A DNA stretch of 64,000 nt from Pelomyxa schiedti (lineage: Eukaryota; Protista; Evosea), in assembly GCA_020536535.1 (NCBI GenBank), contig JAHLWZ010000808.1:66493-130492 (forward strand), read 5' to 3'. The notes beneath the pieces are model-generated. The model was not told where the DNA came from and did no database searches. It saw nothing but the letters and a program-made list of their open reading frames with translations. Positions within the stretch are counted from its first letter, which is position 1; each line of letters begins with the position of its first letter. The translations under genes and the position numbers were made by a program. Of this stretch, positions 25,282-39,300 are shown in pieces.

Positions 25282-26679
25282 TTATGACGATTTGCTTGTT
25301 GTTTTTGTGGTGGTTTGTGGGGGTGGGTTTGGGCTTTCAGAGGCGGCTAGGCACATTCTTGCTATTAGTCCAAGAATTTGTGTAAGGGTATTCACACTAT
25401 CAGCACCAGTAACAGCGTGGGATTCCGACAGTAACCTCATGAACTGGAGTTTGAGGAACTCATTCCACTCTGATGATGACTTTAGCACCCTAAACCTAGC
25501 CAATGATGTGAGATGGTCCTTTGAATTCCCTGCTGACAGGGTGGAAATGAAGTGCATACATAGTAGACATGATATCGGAAGGAGTATATCCGTGCCAAAC
25601 AAGTCTCACACACTCATCAGTGGCAACATTCAAGTCCATTGCGGTACAAGCATTTATGATTGCACGCACAGTGGTGGGATGAGGTTGATCGGCAACCTTG
25701 AATACATTGTCCTGGGATACAAGTCCAAACCCAAGGAAGGTGGCATGAAGATTGTTTATTGCCTGCCGCATGTCACCTGGTGATGTGCCATAAGCTAAAC
25801 GACTTGTTGTGAATCATGTACCATCAGCCGTGAATACCAAAGCCTCGATACCATCGCCAGTAAATGATACATTCTCTGCATTTATTATTTCTCGGAGTCT
25901 TTTGGTTATCTATTTTATAATAGCACAATTAACACGAATTTACCACCAAAAAAGGGTAAAGAAAAAAGGACCTGCATATCAGTCAATCTGGAAAATCGAA
26001 GCACTGCACACCTACTTTGAATTGGTTCTATGATGTCATTGCTATAGTTGCATGCGAGAGCAAATCGGGTTGTATTTGAATGAACTTCCATGGTCCTTCT
26101 CATGGCCTGCTGGGCCGCAACAGTCATACTGTCTGCTTCATCCAATATGATGATTTTGTGCCGCCCTAAAAGGCATTGGTTATGGTAACGCGCACATGTG
26201 TATTGATGCTGGCTGATAAAAACCTGGAGGAAGAGTGACCTGCTTATGTGCGAAAATCTTGATTGTGTTCCTTACTACATCAATACCTCGATCGTCGCTT
26301 GCATTTAGTTCCATGACAGCATTTTTGTATGTCACATCACCAGGACTGCCACCAAGCAATTCACGGGCCAGACACAGTATACTCGTTGTTTTACCACTAC
26401 CAGGGGGTCCAGATATGATTAAATTCGGCATATTACCTTGCTTTGCAATACACTTTCGGGTTTTTTTGTTTTGAGTTATGAGCGTGGTGCACGTGCACCC
26501 ACAATTATGAAGGGAGTGGGTTACCTTGAGTCGCGTAACAGTGTCTTCGTTGCCCACAACGTCGTCCAACGTTCTCGGTCTGTATTTCTCCACCCACGGC
26601 ATGTCCTCGTCTTCAGTGGTTTAGAACAAGCACGCCGACCGACTCCCAAACCTGCCACACTGGCTGTTGCAGCCGCCAT
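25282..26679 (-). CDS. RFC2: Replication factor C small subunit (human RFC2 / yeast Rfc4 type)
   Basis: [70 protein letters not shown]. Confidence 0.95.
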
Positions 26680-26738
26680 GAGTTCAAATTTTTTGTTTTT
26701 TTTTCATTTCCGAGATCTGCAGCGGAACCGAAAGTGAT
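26680..26738. promoter_or_regulatory. Putative bidirectional promoter RFC2/hypothetical gene
   Basis: 59 nt between divergent start codons. Confidence 0.5.
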
Positions 26739-27942
26739 ATGGGCAAGCACCGCCACGGAAAGCACCCGCACAGCAACAACAAACACAACAAACACAACAA
26801 GCAAGACAAACACCCGAAGAAAGCTGCGCAGTGCCTAGCCGCAACATCCTCCGCCAGTATCGCCCCAGCACCGCCTTCGACCACGCCCACGACGGCCCCG
26901 CGCGTCTACCCTCCGTCCCCGACCTCAACCAGCAGCAGCACGCCGCAGCCTCCACCCGCTCCCTCTGCTTCTCCCGCCGCCAGCAGCCCACCACAACGGC
27001 AACAACAACAACAACTACTAGATGCAGAAAGAATGCACAGACTTCTGCCAGAGGAAGAGATGCAAACCACCTGGCAACAGTTAATTCACCTCGGAGGGTG
27101 CATCAACGTCTACGTAAAAGATGCACTTGCAGTGCCGAACACACTATGTGCGCAGCTTAAGAAGAGCCAGAAAAACGATAGAAATCTTAAAACTAAATTA
27201 AGACACGCATATAACTTCTTCCTGTTGCGAAGCTTCAGAGCACTCGAAAATTACAACTATGGCTGAACAACAAGGCAAATTAAACGCTTTGAAAGTATTT
27301 CCCTTTTTTTTCCCCCAACACACTAACATACCTCCTCTGGTAGGAAATAAACAGCAGGACCACTGCTGAAAGTTGCCGATTAAGCCAAGAGAATGAAAGC
27401 GTCACAGGTACGCACTTAGCAAAGTAGCCTGGTCTAACTCTTTTTCAATGCCTTTTGAAGAACTGCTGAAGAAGTTTAAGAAAGAGGTTGATGAAAGGTT
27501 GAGTAAACTGGAGAGAAAGACTGTTGAGTTGGAGAGAAAGACTGTCGAGTTGGAAAAAAAAACCACTGGATTGGAAAGTGTGAAGAAGGACCACACTGCA
27601 CTTGTTGAGCGTGTCACAGTTCTAGAGGTCTGAGACTCTTTCATACAAACATTATTATTAACCAATCGCAGAACTTCAAGAAGAAAACTGAGGAACAAAT
27701 AGCCATTGCAGAAATGGCCACCCATCTGTTTACATATGTTGGACAACAACTAAATGTTGAAACTCCGGTTCCCTCTTCCAGTCTGCCCCTAGAATGCAAC
27801 AGTGACTACAAGTTTCAACTTTGCTCAATGATGCCCTAAAACGCAAACTCTTGCTTTTTGCAGGTTTGTTCTTGTTTTTTTCTTCCTTACCCAATTCTAA
27901 GCAGGACAAATCAACACCACAAGCACAGTTCACGGGCACTGA
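26739..27942 (+). CDS. Hypothetical coiled-coil protein (exon structure and 3' end uncertain)
   Basis: 175-aa first ORF, then short exons flanked by GT/AG encoding heptad repeats LERKTVELERKTVELEKKT. Confidence 0.45.
27509..27564 (+). repeat. 21-nt coding tandem repeat (~2.7 copies, one coiled-coil heptad each)
   Basis: tggagagaaagactgttgagt tggagagaaagactgtcgagt tggaaaaaaaaacc. Confidence 0.8.
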
Positions 27943-28056
27943 AGGGCAAAGCTTAGGATCAAGAATACTGTTAAAAAAAAACTGCTGGAGAGTGGCAGCA
28001 ATGCTTCAATTTTCAATACTTGAAATTTTACAAGTTGTTGGAAGAGGAACCCGTTG

Positions 28057-30015
<1,959 letters not shown>

Positions 30016-30359
30016 CTTCCTTGTGTTGTTTGATTTTTTCTAATTTTTTCGTTGTTTCTGGTACAGCGACGGTTTTCTAGATAATCAGGCTTCTTTCCTC
30101 TGAAATCGCTGCTTTTTCCTCGGCAGAGATTCGCCTCGCACCCATCCACTGTTTCTGACCAAGGGAGTGCTGGATTCATCTCATGCACGGACCCCAAGCC
30201 GAGTTAAACTGAAGCCAGTTGACATTCCTGACTTGGCGAGATAATCAACAGACCGGAAAGCTGTACTTTTCGTTATCGTCGTTCAGGATCGGCGGTCTGG
30301 TGTTTTTTTTTATTCAGCCACTTGGCATAGATTAGCATAATAACAACCCCGTGGAGTGA

Positions 30360-31641
30360 ATGGAGAGCATTGCGGCGCTTGGTGCGGAGTGGAATACAGC
30401 GTGGAGATCTGCGTCGGTGGCGGTGCATGATGCAGTAAGCAGATCCAAGTCTCGTGTGATGCAATACGACTCGGTGACAATCGACGATCAGTTGCACGAG
30501 ATCATTATGTTCCATCTAAGGAAGTCCCTCAAGCTTGCTCCTGCACGTGCCTTTTTTCTTTCTTTTGTTTTTTCCCTTTCTGTGGTTTTTTTTCATTATT
30601 AGGGGCGAACTGTTTTATATGGTTTTTGCTTGCTTTACTTGCTCTAGCACTAATGGCAGTTGTTGTAAAACCAATAGGGGGATACCCTTTCGAAATACGA
30701 ACCAGAGATTGTACTTCTAATGTCGGGGCTGGTATGGTGGTTTACTGTTGGGTACGGAGGTGCTCCATATGGAGCCAGACTGAACAACCTCGACTTGGTT
30801 AGGGCATCATCTCTGCAGCCAGTCTCCAGGAAGATACTTGCTGCCCACGGTATTATGACCGTTGGAATGAGGTGGGCAAATGATAGAGGTATCTCCTAAC
30901 AAGTAGCGTTTTCTTAAACTCATGTACCCTTCTAAAAAGGCTCGCAAATGATGATTGAGAGGGGTTGGGCACACAAGGTATCCCCATTTTTCTTTTTATG
31001 TTTGACCTTTGCTTAATTATTCTAAGTTAAATCACAGAGAGATGTAAGAAGAAAGATATGGGCTGCAAAAAATGCCATTGAATCTGCTGTTAAAGCTGCC
31101 TCACTTCTTAACATACTAGCTTTTCTTTTTCAGGGCAGGTAAATATGATATCATTACATTCAATTTATCTTTCACAGGTACATCTCACTAACAAATCGTG
31201 TGCTTGGTGTTACACTCAAGGCTCACTACTCACCTGAATTCCAGCGGGTAATGATGTTCGATGCCATGAACAAAGAAGTAGTCTGGGATACCTTCACTGT
31301 ATGTGTCTCCTTAGTATATCGCTTCTGATTGTTTTTAGGAATTCCTTGCATTCATGGCTCCACTTGTTCGGTCGGGGTGGGCCAATTCTGTGTCATCCCG
31401 TCTACGAAATTTGCTGTGGGTTAAAAAAGCACCCACCAAACCCAGCATCCAAGTGAGTGTAAACAGTCCACAGTGTGCATTTTGTGGTTCCGCGGCAGTC
31501 AATGGCTGCACAATTGGACCTTGTGGTCACACTGCATGCTACTATTGCGTTGGTACAGCCCTGAAGAGAAATCAAACAACTTGTCCACAGTGTGATGCCC
31601 CGCTACACAAAACTCCCACTCGTTACAAGAAAGCCTTGTGA
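30360..31641 (+). CDS. PEX2: Peroxin 2 (Pex2/Pex12 N-terminal domain + C3HC4 RING)
   Basis: RVMQYDSVTIDDQL, YEPEIVLL..WWFTV..YGARLNNL, LNILAFLFQGRYISLTNRVLG, FDAMNKEVVWDTFTEFL, RING CAFC..CGHTACYYC..CPQC. Confidence 0.88.
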
Positions 31642-31692
31642 GTGTACAGGGGAAAAAAGTTCTAAAGTAATTTTGTGTTTTTTTCAAAATCA

Positions 31693-32956
31693 TCACATAA
31701 GGTAAGATAACGCTAGTTCAGGGTTGTTTCCTGCCAGTTGCAAAGCATTCTCCACATTAGTACGAGGGAATCCCATTTCCATCAGAAGTGTGATGTTCTC
31801 TTCCGTGACGGTTACTGTTGCAGAGGGGGTTGTTGGGGGTGGTGTGAATGTGCTGAGTGCACTGACATTCTCACTGTCTGCCGCCCCGAGTGTGATTACA
31901 CCAAAGTCAATTTGTGCTGGTGTGCGGTTGAGGAATGTATTCTGAATGATTGCGGCGGCATCGTATATGAACCTTTCTGCAGTGGTGGCACAATGCACGA
32001 TTGGGGAAGGGCGGGCACCATCCTGGAATTGGAGTTGGTATTCTCTTAAGAGAATATGGTGCACTTACTAATTCATACAATTTTCCATTAGCGTGGACAA
32101 AGCATATGAAATGGTAGTTGACCTTTTCATGTTTTGTGTACTAATTAACAAGTTAGAAGTGTGAAAACACGTGCGCTGGCATACATCTGTCTGGCCCTTC
32201 TTCGCCACAATATCGTGTGCAGCAGCAATGCCTTCGCATAGTCCAAGTGACTCGCCGCGGTCATGTGGATTCATGGCCGCTGTGTGTTCAAAGAAATCAC
32301 TCAGAGCACCTCTGCCTGTACCGAAGGTAATCTTATGTGATAGTGAGTTACTTTCTGGGAACCTATTTCGATTTTGTCTCGATTGTTTGCTAGAGCGTGA
32401 ACAACTATTGATAGGAGAGGTATTAATTAAAGGAAACAAAATTTTACTACCTGCAATGGATCCACAAGCATTGCTCACCATTTGGTGCATGAAATAGACA
32501 CTCCCTTCAGCTTCTTCCCTGGATGTCTCCGGCAAGGGCCTCGTCCTTTCCTAGAGGAAATGGTTTTACAATCAGTCCCTTTATGCCAAGTCACAGAGAA
32601 GAATAAAGAAACTTACATCGATTTTCCTCCAAGGGTAGACCAACAACAAAGCCACACAAGGAGACGGCACGAAGGCAAGCTGGTCTGGGCTGATACTGTA
32701 GCAGTCAGTAAAAGACCACTTCCTGCTCACCCCCAGATTGTATATGAACTATATCACAAAGTCAAATGGGCGTTATTATCAGTGACACAATGTGTTTCTA
32801 GTGCCAATTCCTTTCCCACTCACTTTCGGGCGGAATTTTTACAAAAGCAACTGAGGCGCAACACCTCAGCCACAAAAATCGTAAGAGGAGTACCTCGTTC
32901 ATCACTTCGGGGTTGGACTCGAGTGCAACCCACCGCGGCTTACGCACCCCTGCCAT
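31693..32956 (-). CDS. Ubiquitin C-terminal hydrolase (C12, UCH-L3-like) with C-terminal UBA domain
   Basis: WVALESNPEVMN, QMVSNACGS (Cys), YHFICF..LYELDG (His/Asp), then LLMEMGFPRTNVENALQLAGNNPELALSYL. Confidence 0.9.
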
Positions 32957-33266
32957 TTCAATATTTGGCTTTTGACTGGAAAACAACAACCGGCACTGAG
33001 AGACCTCGACCAAGCCAAGGTAGACCCATGAGATACTATAGGTTCTCAGCTGAGTTTTGATGACTGAGATAACACGAGGAGTGTTGGACAGTGAACTTCT
33101 CAGCTACGACTAGCAGGGAAGAAGCCATCAAAAAAACTTTGTGATCGAGTTCGTCGCAATCTTCGCCAAACGCTTTCGGCATCTGAACCGGTAAACAACA
33201 CCGTCACCAACAAACCACTCCACAAACAACGACCCCCGTCCCATAACCCATTTCGGCCCTCCCTGC

Positions 33267-35372
33267 ATGTCGTCGTCCCGAAGGAACAGCCTAGCGTCGG
33301 GCAACGGTAGCAGCACCAGCCACCACCAGTACAACCCCACGCCCCCAGGCTCGCCCCCGAACCCCTTGTCCCCGTCCCAGGCCCCTCCCTCCGCCTCCGC
33401 CGCCGCCTCCTCCTCCTCGTCCATCTCCAACCCCTCTGCCTCGTCCTCCTCGGCCTCCTCGCTGCTATTCACGACCTCCCAGCTGCGCTCGTCCGTGTCC
33501 ACGTGCGCCCTGCAGCAGCAGCAGCAGCAGCAGGGGGCGCCCTCGTCTTCGGCTGCAGCGGCGTCCTCGTCCTCCTCGGCGTCCGCGTCGCCGTCGCACG
33601 CGCCGCACGGGAGGACGCACGCGCACACGCCGTCGCACCACTCCACGACGTCGTCCTTCTCGCGGCACTCGGAGCCGTCTCGCCCGCCGCTCTCGTCGTC
33701 CCCGCTCATCATCGGGAGCTACCGCGAGGCCAGCCCCAGGCTCGCCACCTCGGCCTCGGAGAGGGACAGAGAGAGGGAAAAGGACAGGGGGGACAGGGAG
33801 CTCAGAGATAGGGACCGGGACCGGGATAGGGATCGGGGAGGAATGCGGGATATGGATAGGGATAGGGACCGGGACAGAGACAGAGACAGGGATAGGGACA
33901 GGGACAATAGATTGCGAGATAGGGACAGAGATAATAGGTCGCCACCAACTCCTCCGGCTAGGTGCCGATCACGTTCTTCGGCGGCAATTAACTTGCCTGA
34001 CGGAGACTTAACTGAAGGCTATGGCGACCTTGTGTTACACCGCACTGCGCGATCACCTAATGGACTTGACCCTGCAAGCCCTCCTTTGCTTCCACCATTG
34101 TTGTCACAGCCAAGCTCGCCTGCTACATCATCGAAAGGGACACATGGAGCTGTGGCTCCTCTGAAAGTCCGGCTTACCTTAAATCAGACTGGTCATTCTC
34201 ATTCCCATGCACATGTTCATACAAGCACGCATGCTCATGGACACAATCACACTCACTTGAGGGATGACTACAAGCATGACTCCTTTAGTGTTAGCTCTGA
34301 AAGTTCCGAGAAGAAAGAGGCAAAATCTGGTCACAATTCCTCAGATGCAGACAAAGACAACACGTTTCGTGACGACCGCCGTGATAGATATAAGCACCAC
34401 CATAGAAAACCAAAATCTTCAACCTCTCTCTCCCCATCTTTGGAAGAGTCTTCCACACCACCCCTACCATTACCAGAAGCGGAAGTGGAATCCCCTGAGG
34501 CTCCCGAGCCACAGCCGATTCAGGCCACACGGAAATTGCCAACCCAAATTGAATTAATTCAGCAACACTTGAAGGAAGGACACCAGCCTGGCACCCAGGA
34601 AAATCTAGAATCTGAGCTGAACTCACGAGCACAAAGAAGTGATTCTGATATGTCAACTCTTGACATTCACGCGGCTCTGGCAGTTAAAGAAAAGGAGCTT
34701 GCCTCTCTGATTGGTAGGTACAACTACATCAAATTGCTTTTTTGATCTCTGTCAGAATTGGTTACAATTAAGAAGACTACTTGCAGCCAACTCCTATTAA
34801 GGAAACTGACATTAGTCTCTGACATAGCTGAACTTAATAAAGTCAATTCTACCCTACGAGGTGACTTGTCCATTTGACTAAGATATCCACTAATGAAATT
34901 TTTGACAGAGAAAATTGCTACTTTTACTGAAGAAGGTATTGCTGTAGAGTACGAAAATGAATCCACCGCCCAGCATAACTCGTTCCTGCAAGTTATATCA
35001 CACCTACAGGGTGTGGTTGGGAACTTGGAATCATGTGTCTCTAATATAACAGCTAATACCAAAAAGGTTCGTTTACGAGGTTCTCCTTCACACCCCTTAT
35101 TCTATTCTGCAGAACTTCACAAATATAAATCTTGTACAAATGGGCAAAATGGTGGAACAGAGGGAAGTGCACATTGAGGACTTGAACAAGTCACTCAAAA
35201 AGTCACTAGGAATAGTTGAGGAGGTCAAAGCCTCAATACAACAAGAGAGGACAGGTGGCTCCCTCTTCAATACACTTTTTTTTTTTTAATCAACAACATA
35301 GAGAGTGATAAGGTAGAAGCCAATGTAACACAGAAGTTAAAACTACTTGATGGCCTGGGTATGAAGCACTGA
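33267..35372 (+). CDS. Hypothetical Ser-rich/RD-repeat protein with C-terminal coiled coil
   Basis: 492-aa ORF with polyS, polyQ, (RD)n and His-rich tracts, followed by short exons ending GMKH*. Confidence 0.65.
33763..33933 (+). repeat. Hexanucleotide coding repeat (Arg-Asp dipeptide)
   Basis: Repeated ggacag/ggatag/ggaccg units encoding RDRDRD. Confidence 0.85.
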
Positions 35373-35788
35373 AAAACAAGTTGTAAGAAGAGGGAGTGCC
35401 TCAAGCTTGTAACAATAGTAGTTAGTACTTTTGTTTTGGTACTACCACCTCTGAAGGTGATTTTTGCGAAATAATATTTACCTGTCACTCTTCCTTTCGG
35501 CTGCTTTTTTTCTCATTCACGTAGATCCCTGCTGGGCGAAAACACCCCTAATTTCTTCCTTGTCTGGTCTTGTGTCTTGAGTAGCTTGCATTTTTGGCTC
35601 TAGATGTGCAGATTCTGATGTCGCTGAAAATGTCACTCCCGGTTAAGTTAAACTCGAGGGAATCAGGGAATTTAGGGTTCTGCACTTCCCGCCTAATCAT
35701 TCCAGCTTATTTATCAAAACAAGAAAACAGGCAGATAAAAAAACAAAAAAAGGAACTAAGCTGCCACTTCGAACCCCAAACGACAACG

Positions 35789-36245
35789 ATGCCGACTGAA
35801 GACATTGTCTACAGCGAGAAGTACACTGACTCTGTGTACGAATACAGGTGGGCATTGTGGGTTTCGAACATGTTTCAACACTGAGAAATACAACTTCCCA
35901 TTTGTTCATTTCGTTATGATTGTTGGGCCAGCATTCCCACCACACCCCACAGCATTTGTGTTGTTCCCCATCTCAAATTGGAAGGGTAATGTGTGCGTAG
36001 GCATGTGATTTTGCCACCAGATATCTCTGCCCTCCTCCCAAAGGACAGGTTATTGACTGAGGAAGAATGGAGAGGTGCGGGTGTACAACAGTCATTGGGC
36101 TGGGTGCATTACCTGTATGTTCGCTATCGATTGTTCCCCTAATTCTGAGACACTTCCCAAAAGGATTCACAAGCCGGAACCACACATTCTCCTATTTAGG
36201 AGGCCCAGATCTGACATCAACGCCACCGCACCGCGCCACTACTAG
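35789..36245 (+). CDS. CKS1: Cyclin-dependent kinase regulatory subunit
   Basis: Three exons: [15 protein letters not shown]|[27 protein letters not shown]|[14 protein letters not shown]. Confidence 0.96.
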
Positions 36246-36343
36246 GGAAACACACTCATGGGATGTCCGAACATTTTAAACCTTGTAAAACCTAAGCTAA
36301 ACTTGTTAAAACACTGTGGTGAAAAAACCAGTTTTTTCCCTTC

Positions 36344-39300
36344 TTAGTACAGAGACCTACCACAGTTGTAGCAGTGTGTTGCCTTTGTGGATCCTTGCAA
36401 GTTAGAGGTACCACAGTGCGAGCATTTTTCGCTGTCGCCTATGAATTCCGAGGGTAATTCTATGGGTTCATGGGTTACACTGATACTTGTTTCGGTTGTT
36501 GTGTTGTTGCTTGCTGATTCGGATGTTGTTGATGTTACTGCCATGGGTTCAGTTGAGCCTGTTGTTGCAGTTCCGGTTTCAGTAGTAGTTGCGGTTTCAG
36601 TTGCGGTTGCAGTTGTGGTTTCAGTTGCACTTGCAATTTCTGCTGTGTCTGAGTTTGTATTTGTTGAGAGAACTTGATGGTCATCATCCATTGAATTATG
36701 TGGTTCTATGGTCACAGTGGTTGTTTCACTGAGCGGAGTGATAGATTCCACGGTTTTGATGGGTGGGGCAGCTGAACTTTGTGTATCGGTGCAGGTAACG
36801 CTCTTATCTGGTGTTGCTGTTGTCGGTGAAGGGGTTAATGTGGAATTCAGTTCTGAATAGGCAGTTTCAAGGGTGCTGGGTGATGTAGTGATGACGCCAT
36901 CTTGTTTTGGGCTAATGCTATTGGAAGTCGTAGCTGAGCTATCTGCTGTGGGAGCCTTGGATGAACTGAGAGTAGACTCCGATAATCCAGTTCCTCAGAA
37001 TAAAGTTAGAAATTCATGGGAACCCCATAAAGCATTACCTTCAAATGCTATTTGTTTCTTTTTATGTGGGGGAGCTGATTTGCTACTGGATGAGTCTTCC
37101 TGAGGCTCACAGTCTTCCACCTATATGTTGTGGGTCTTAAAATTAACAAAAAAAAAAAAGCAAGTTAACTTGAATGGTGCAACGAGGGGTAACAAGGAAC
37201 TCCCCCAGGGACTTTGCGTCATTATCTAGTGCATGTAGAATGCGTTTTTCATCTTCAAACTTGAGAACTTGGTTCTGAGGAGGTATTTCCTTTTTGAATG
37301 TTACTGACAGTGCTACTTAATATACGCAGTATACCATAGCTTCAAGAACCAATAACTTTAAGTCACTGACGGTTGTAGAGCTGCTGATCTTAACATATGC
37401 ACCTATTTTAACATTACCCTAGTGCCTACTTGAAAGATAAATACTTGAGTAACCAACGAAAGAATTGTACCACCCCATGAGTCGGCTACGGGAAACTGTG
37501 CACACAGTGTTAAAAAGTTTTGGAATTACAAATAAGTCTTACTTCTCTTAACCAGAACATCTTGACATGAAAATTGAGCCCGTTCAATTTCTTTTATCGT
37601 CTGGTAATTGGTTGCACATGGTAGACAAACTTCGGGTGTACTAGTGTATTCAAGGAGGTCCGGCTCGAATGAATGAATATTCAATGGAGGGGTTTGATTA
37701 AACTCTTGACAGGTAAAACTAATGGCTGTTCCTTTTTGTCCATATCTGAGTAGTAAAGGGTAATGCAAATCAAAGTAATGAATGTAAAAACTTGGTGCTC
37801 AATCTCATAAAGGCCTCATTTGATATGAGCTGGAAAGGTGAACATGCTGTATAGTTGGAGATGTTTTTCATATCCCAGAATACAAATTTCGGTATGTTCA
37901 TTGTAACCTTTCCATGTGGGCAGAGGAGGCAAGTAAAATCAAGAGGACCAGGCCTGTTTTCCCATGTTATTGAGACATTTCACAAAAGGCAAGTCCTACT
38001 TTGTTGTGCTTTGACCTGTTACATAACTCCGCCATGAAACATACCACTCTGTAGGAAGTAGAGAATATCTAAGAAGGTCACTAAATAAGTACCCGAAACT
38101 CACTTACGGGACATCAAGTCGAAGGTCATTGGGGTGTTTGATCATCTCGCCAATGAGTTCTCGTTCTTTTACCTGCACCCATAAGTATTCTTGCTGGAGA
38201 AAACCCGACCCACCAATTCTTCAGCTGTTAGCTTGTTTTCCAGTATGCACTCGGCACACTCCCCGTTAGCAATCGGAAGGGTTACAGGTTCACCTCCTTC
38301 ACAAAGATCCACAAAATACTGCCAAATCTTGGTGAAAGTATTTTGTGAGTAAGATTTTGGTTAAACGTGAAACTTACATCAAGTGGTACAGGCAAGTAAG
38401 CTGACTTGGCATTGGGTAGGAGTTTCTTGTGAGGACACAGAATATTTGCTGTTAACCCTTGCACTGGAAACCTTGCCCCAAACCGCGATTTTTTCCAGTC
38501 TTTTGTAGAATTAACAGGATCAATTCAATTTTGGCATTTACCATCAATAAACTTCTTGCTAATATAAAAACCATCACGTGGGGGTGGGCCATATTCACAT
38601 CTACTTAGAGTGGCACTGAGAGCACTTTTTTTTTCTTTATATGCTTTAGAGGCCGCTTTTTTCCCTAGCCAGGCCTTTTGGAGGAGAAAATGAATTTTTT
38701 AAATAAAAAAGAAGAGAAGAAAACCTGGAGGCACTCAACACAGCACTGATCATGGGATAGCTCTGGTCCACCATTGTAGTTTGAATGCAAGAATGTCCAC
38801 ATATTCTGTGCATCAAGTCAGTAAGTCAGCTGTAATGCATAAACTCACTGTGGTGATACGCTTCCTGAGGGGAGCTAGGTGCTTCCCCATGCTAACCTTG
38901 TTATGCTCACAGAGAAGAGGTTTGTTATCGATGGGGGAAATGTCTGAATGGCCATTGAGCCATGAACTAAGCCAGGGCGTTGATATCCATCTGTAGTCCC
39001 TTGTGTTAGGTGCAGCTAGCCCCTTTTTGTGGTAAGATGAGAAGTAAAGAACGGGCCATTACCTCCAGACAGGAATCCAGATTGTCCAGGCAATTTTCAA
39101 TGGCTCGTTTCTCTTTCAACTCCAGTGAGGCCAATTCTTGCATTTGTGTAACCAGTGATTGATTTTCTTTGAGTACCTCAGACACAGCTTTTGTTTGATA
39201 AGTTATCTTTCATCAATGGAGAAATAGTGCTGGAGGTACCTTGGCAAAAAGGAGTCGTTGTCGTGGAAGTTTCTTTAAGATGATACAAAAGCATGTAAGG

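Noticed and set aside
27114-27240. Additional GC-AG intron (GCATAT donor) in the hypothetical gene
   Set aside because: Needs an atypical acceptor and an alternative GT-AG model exists; unresolved without RNA data
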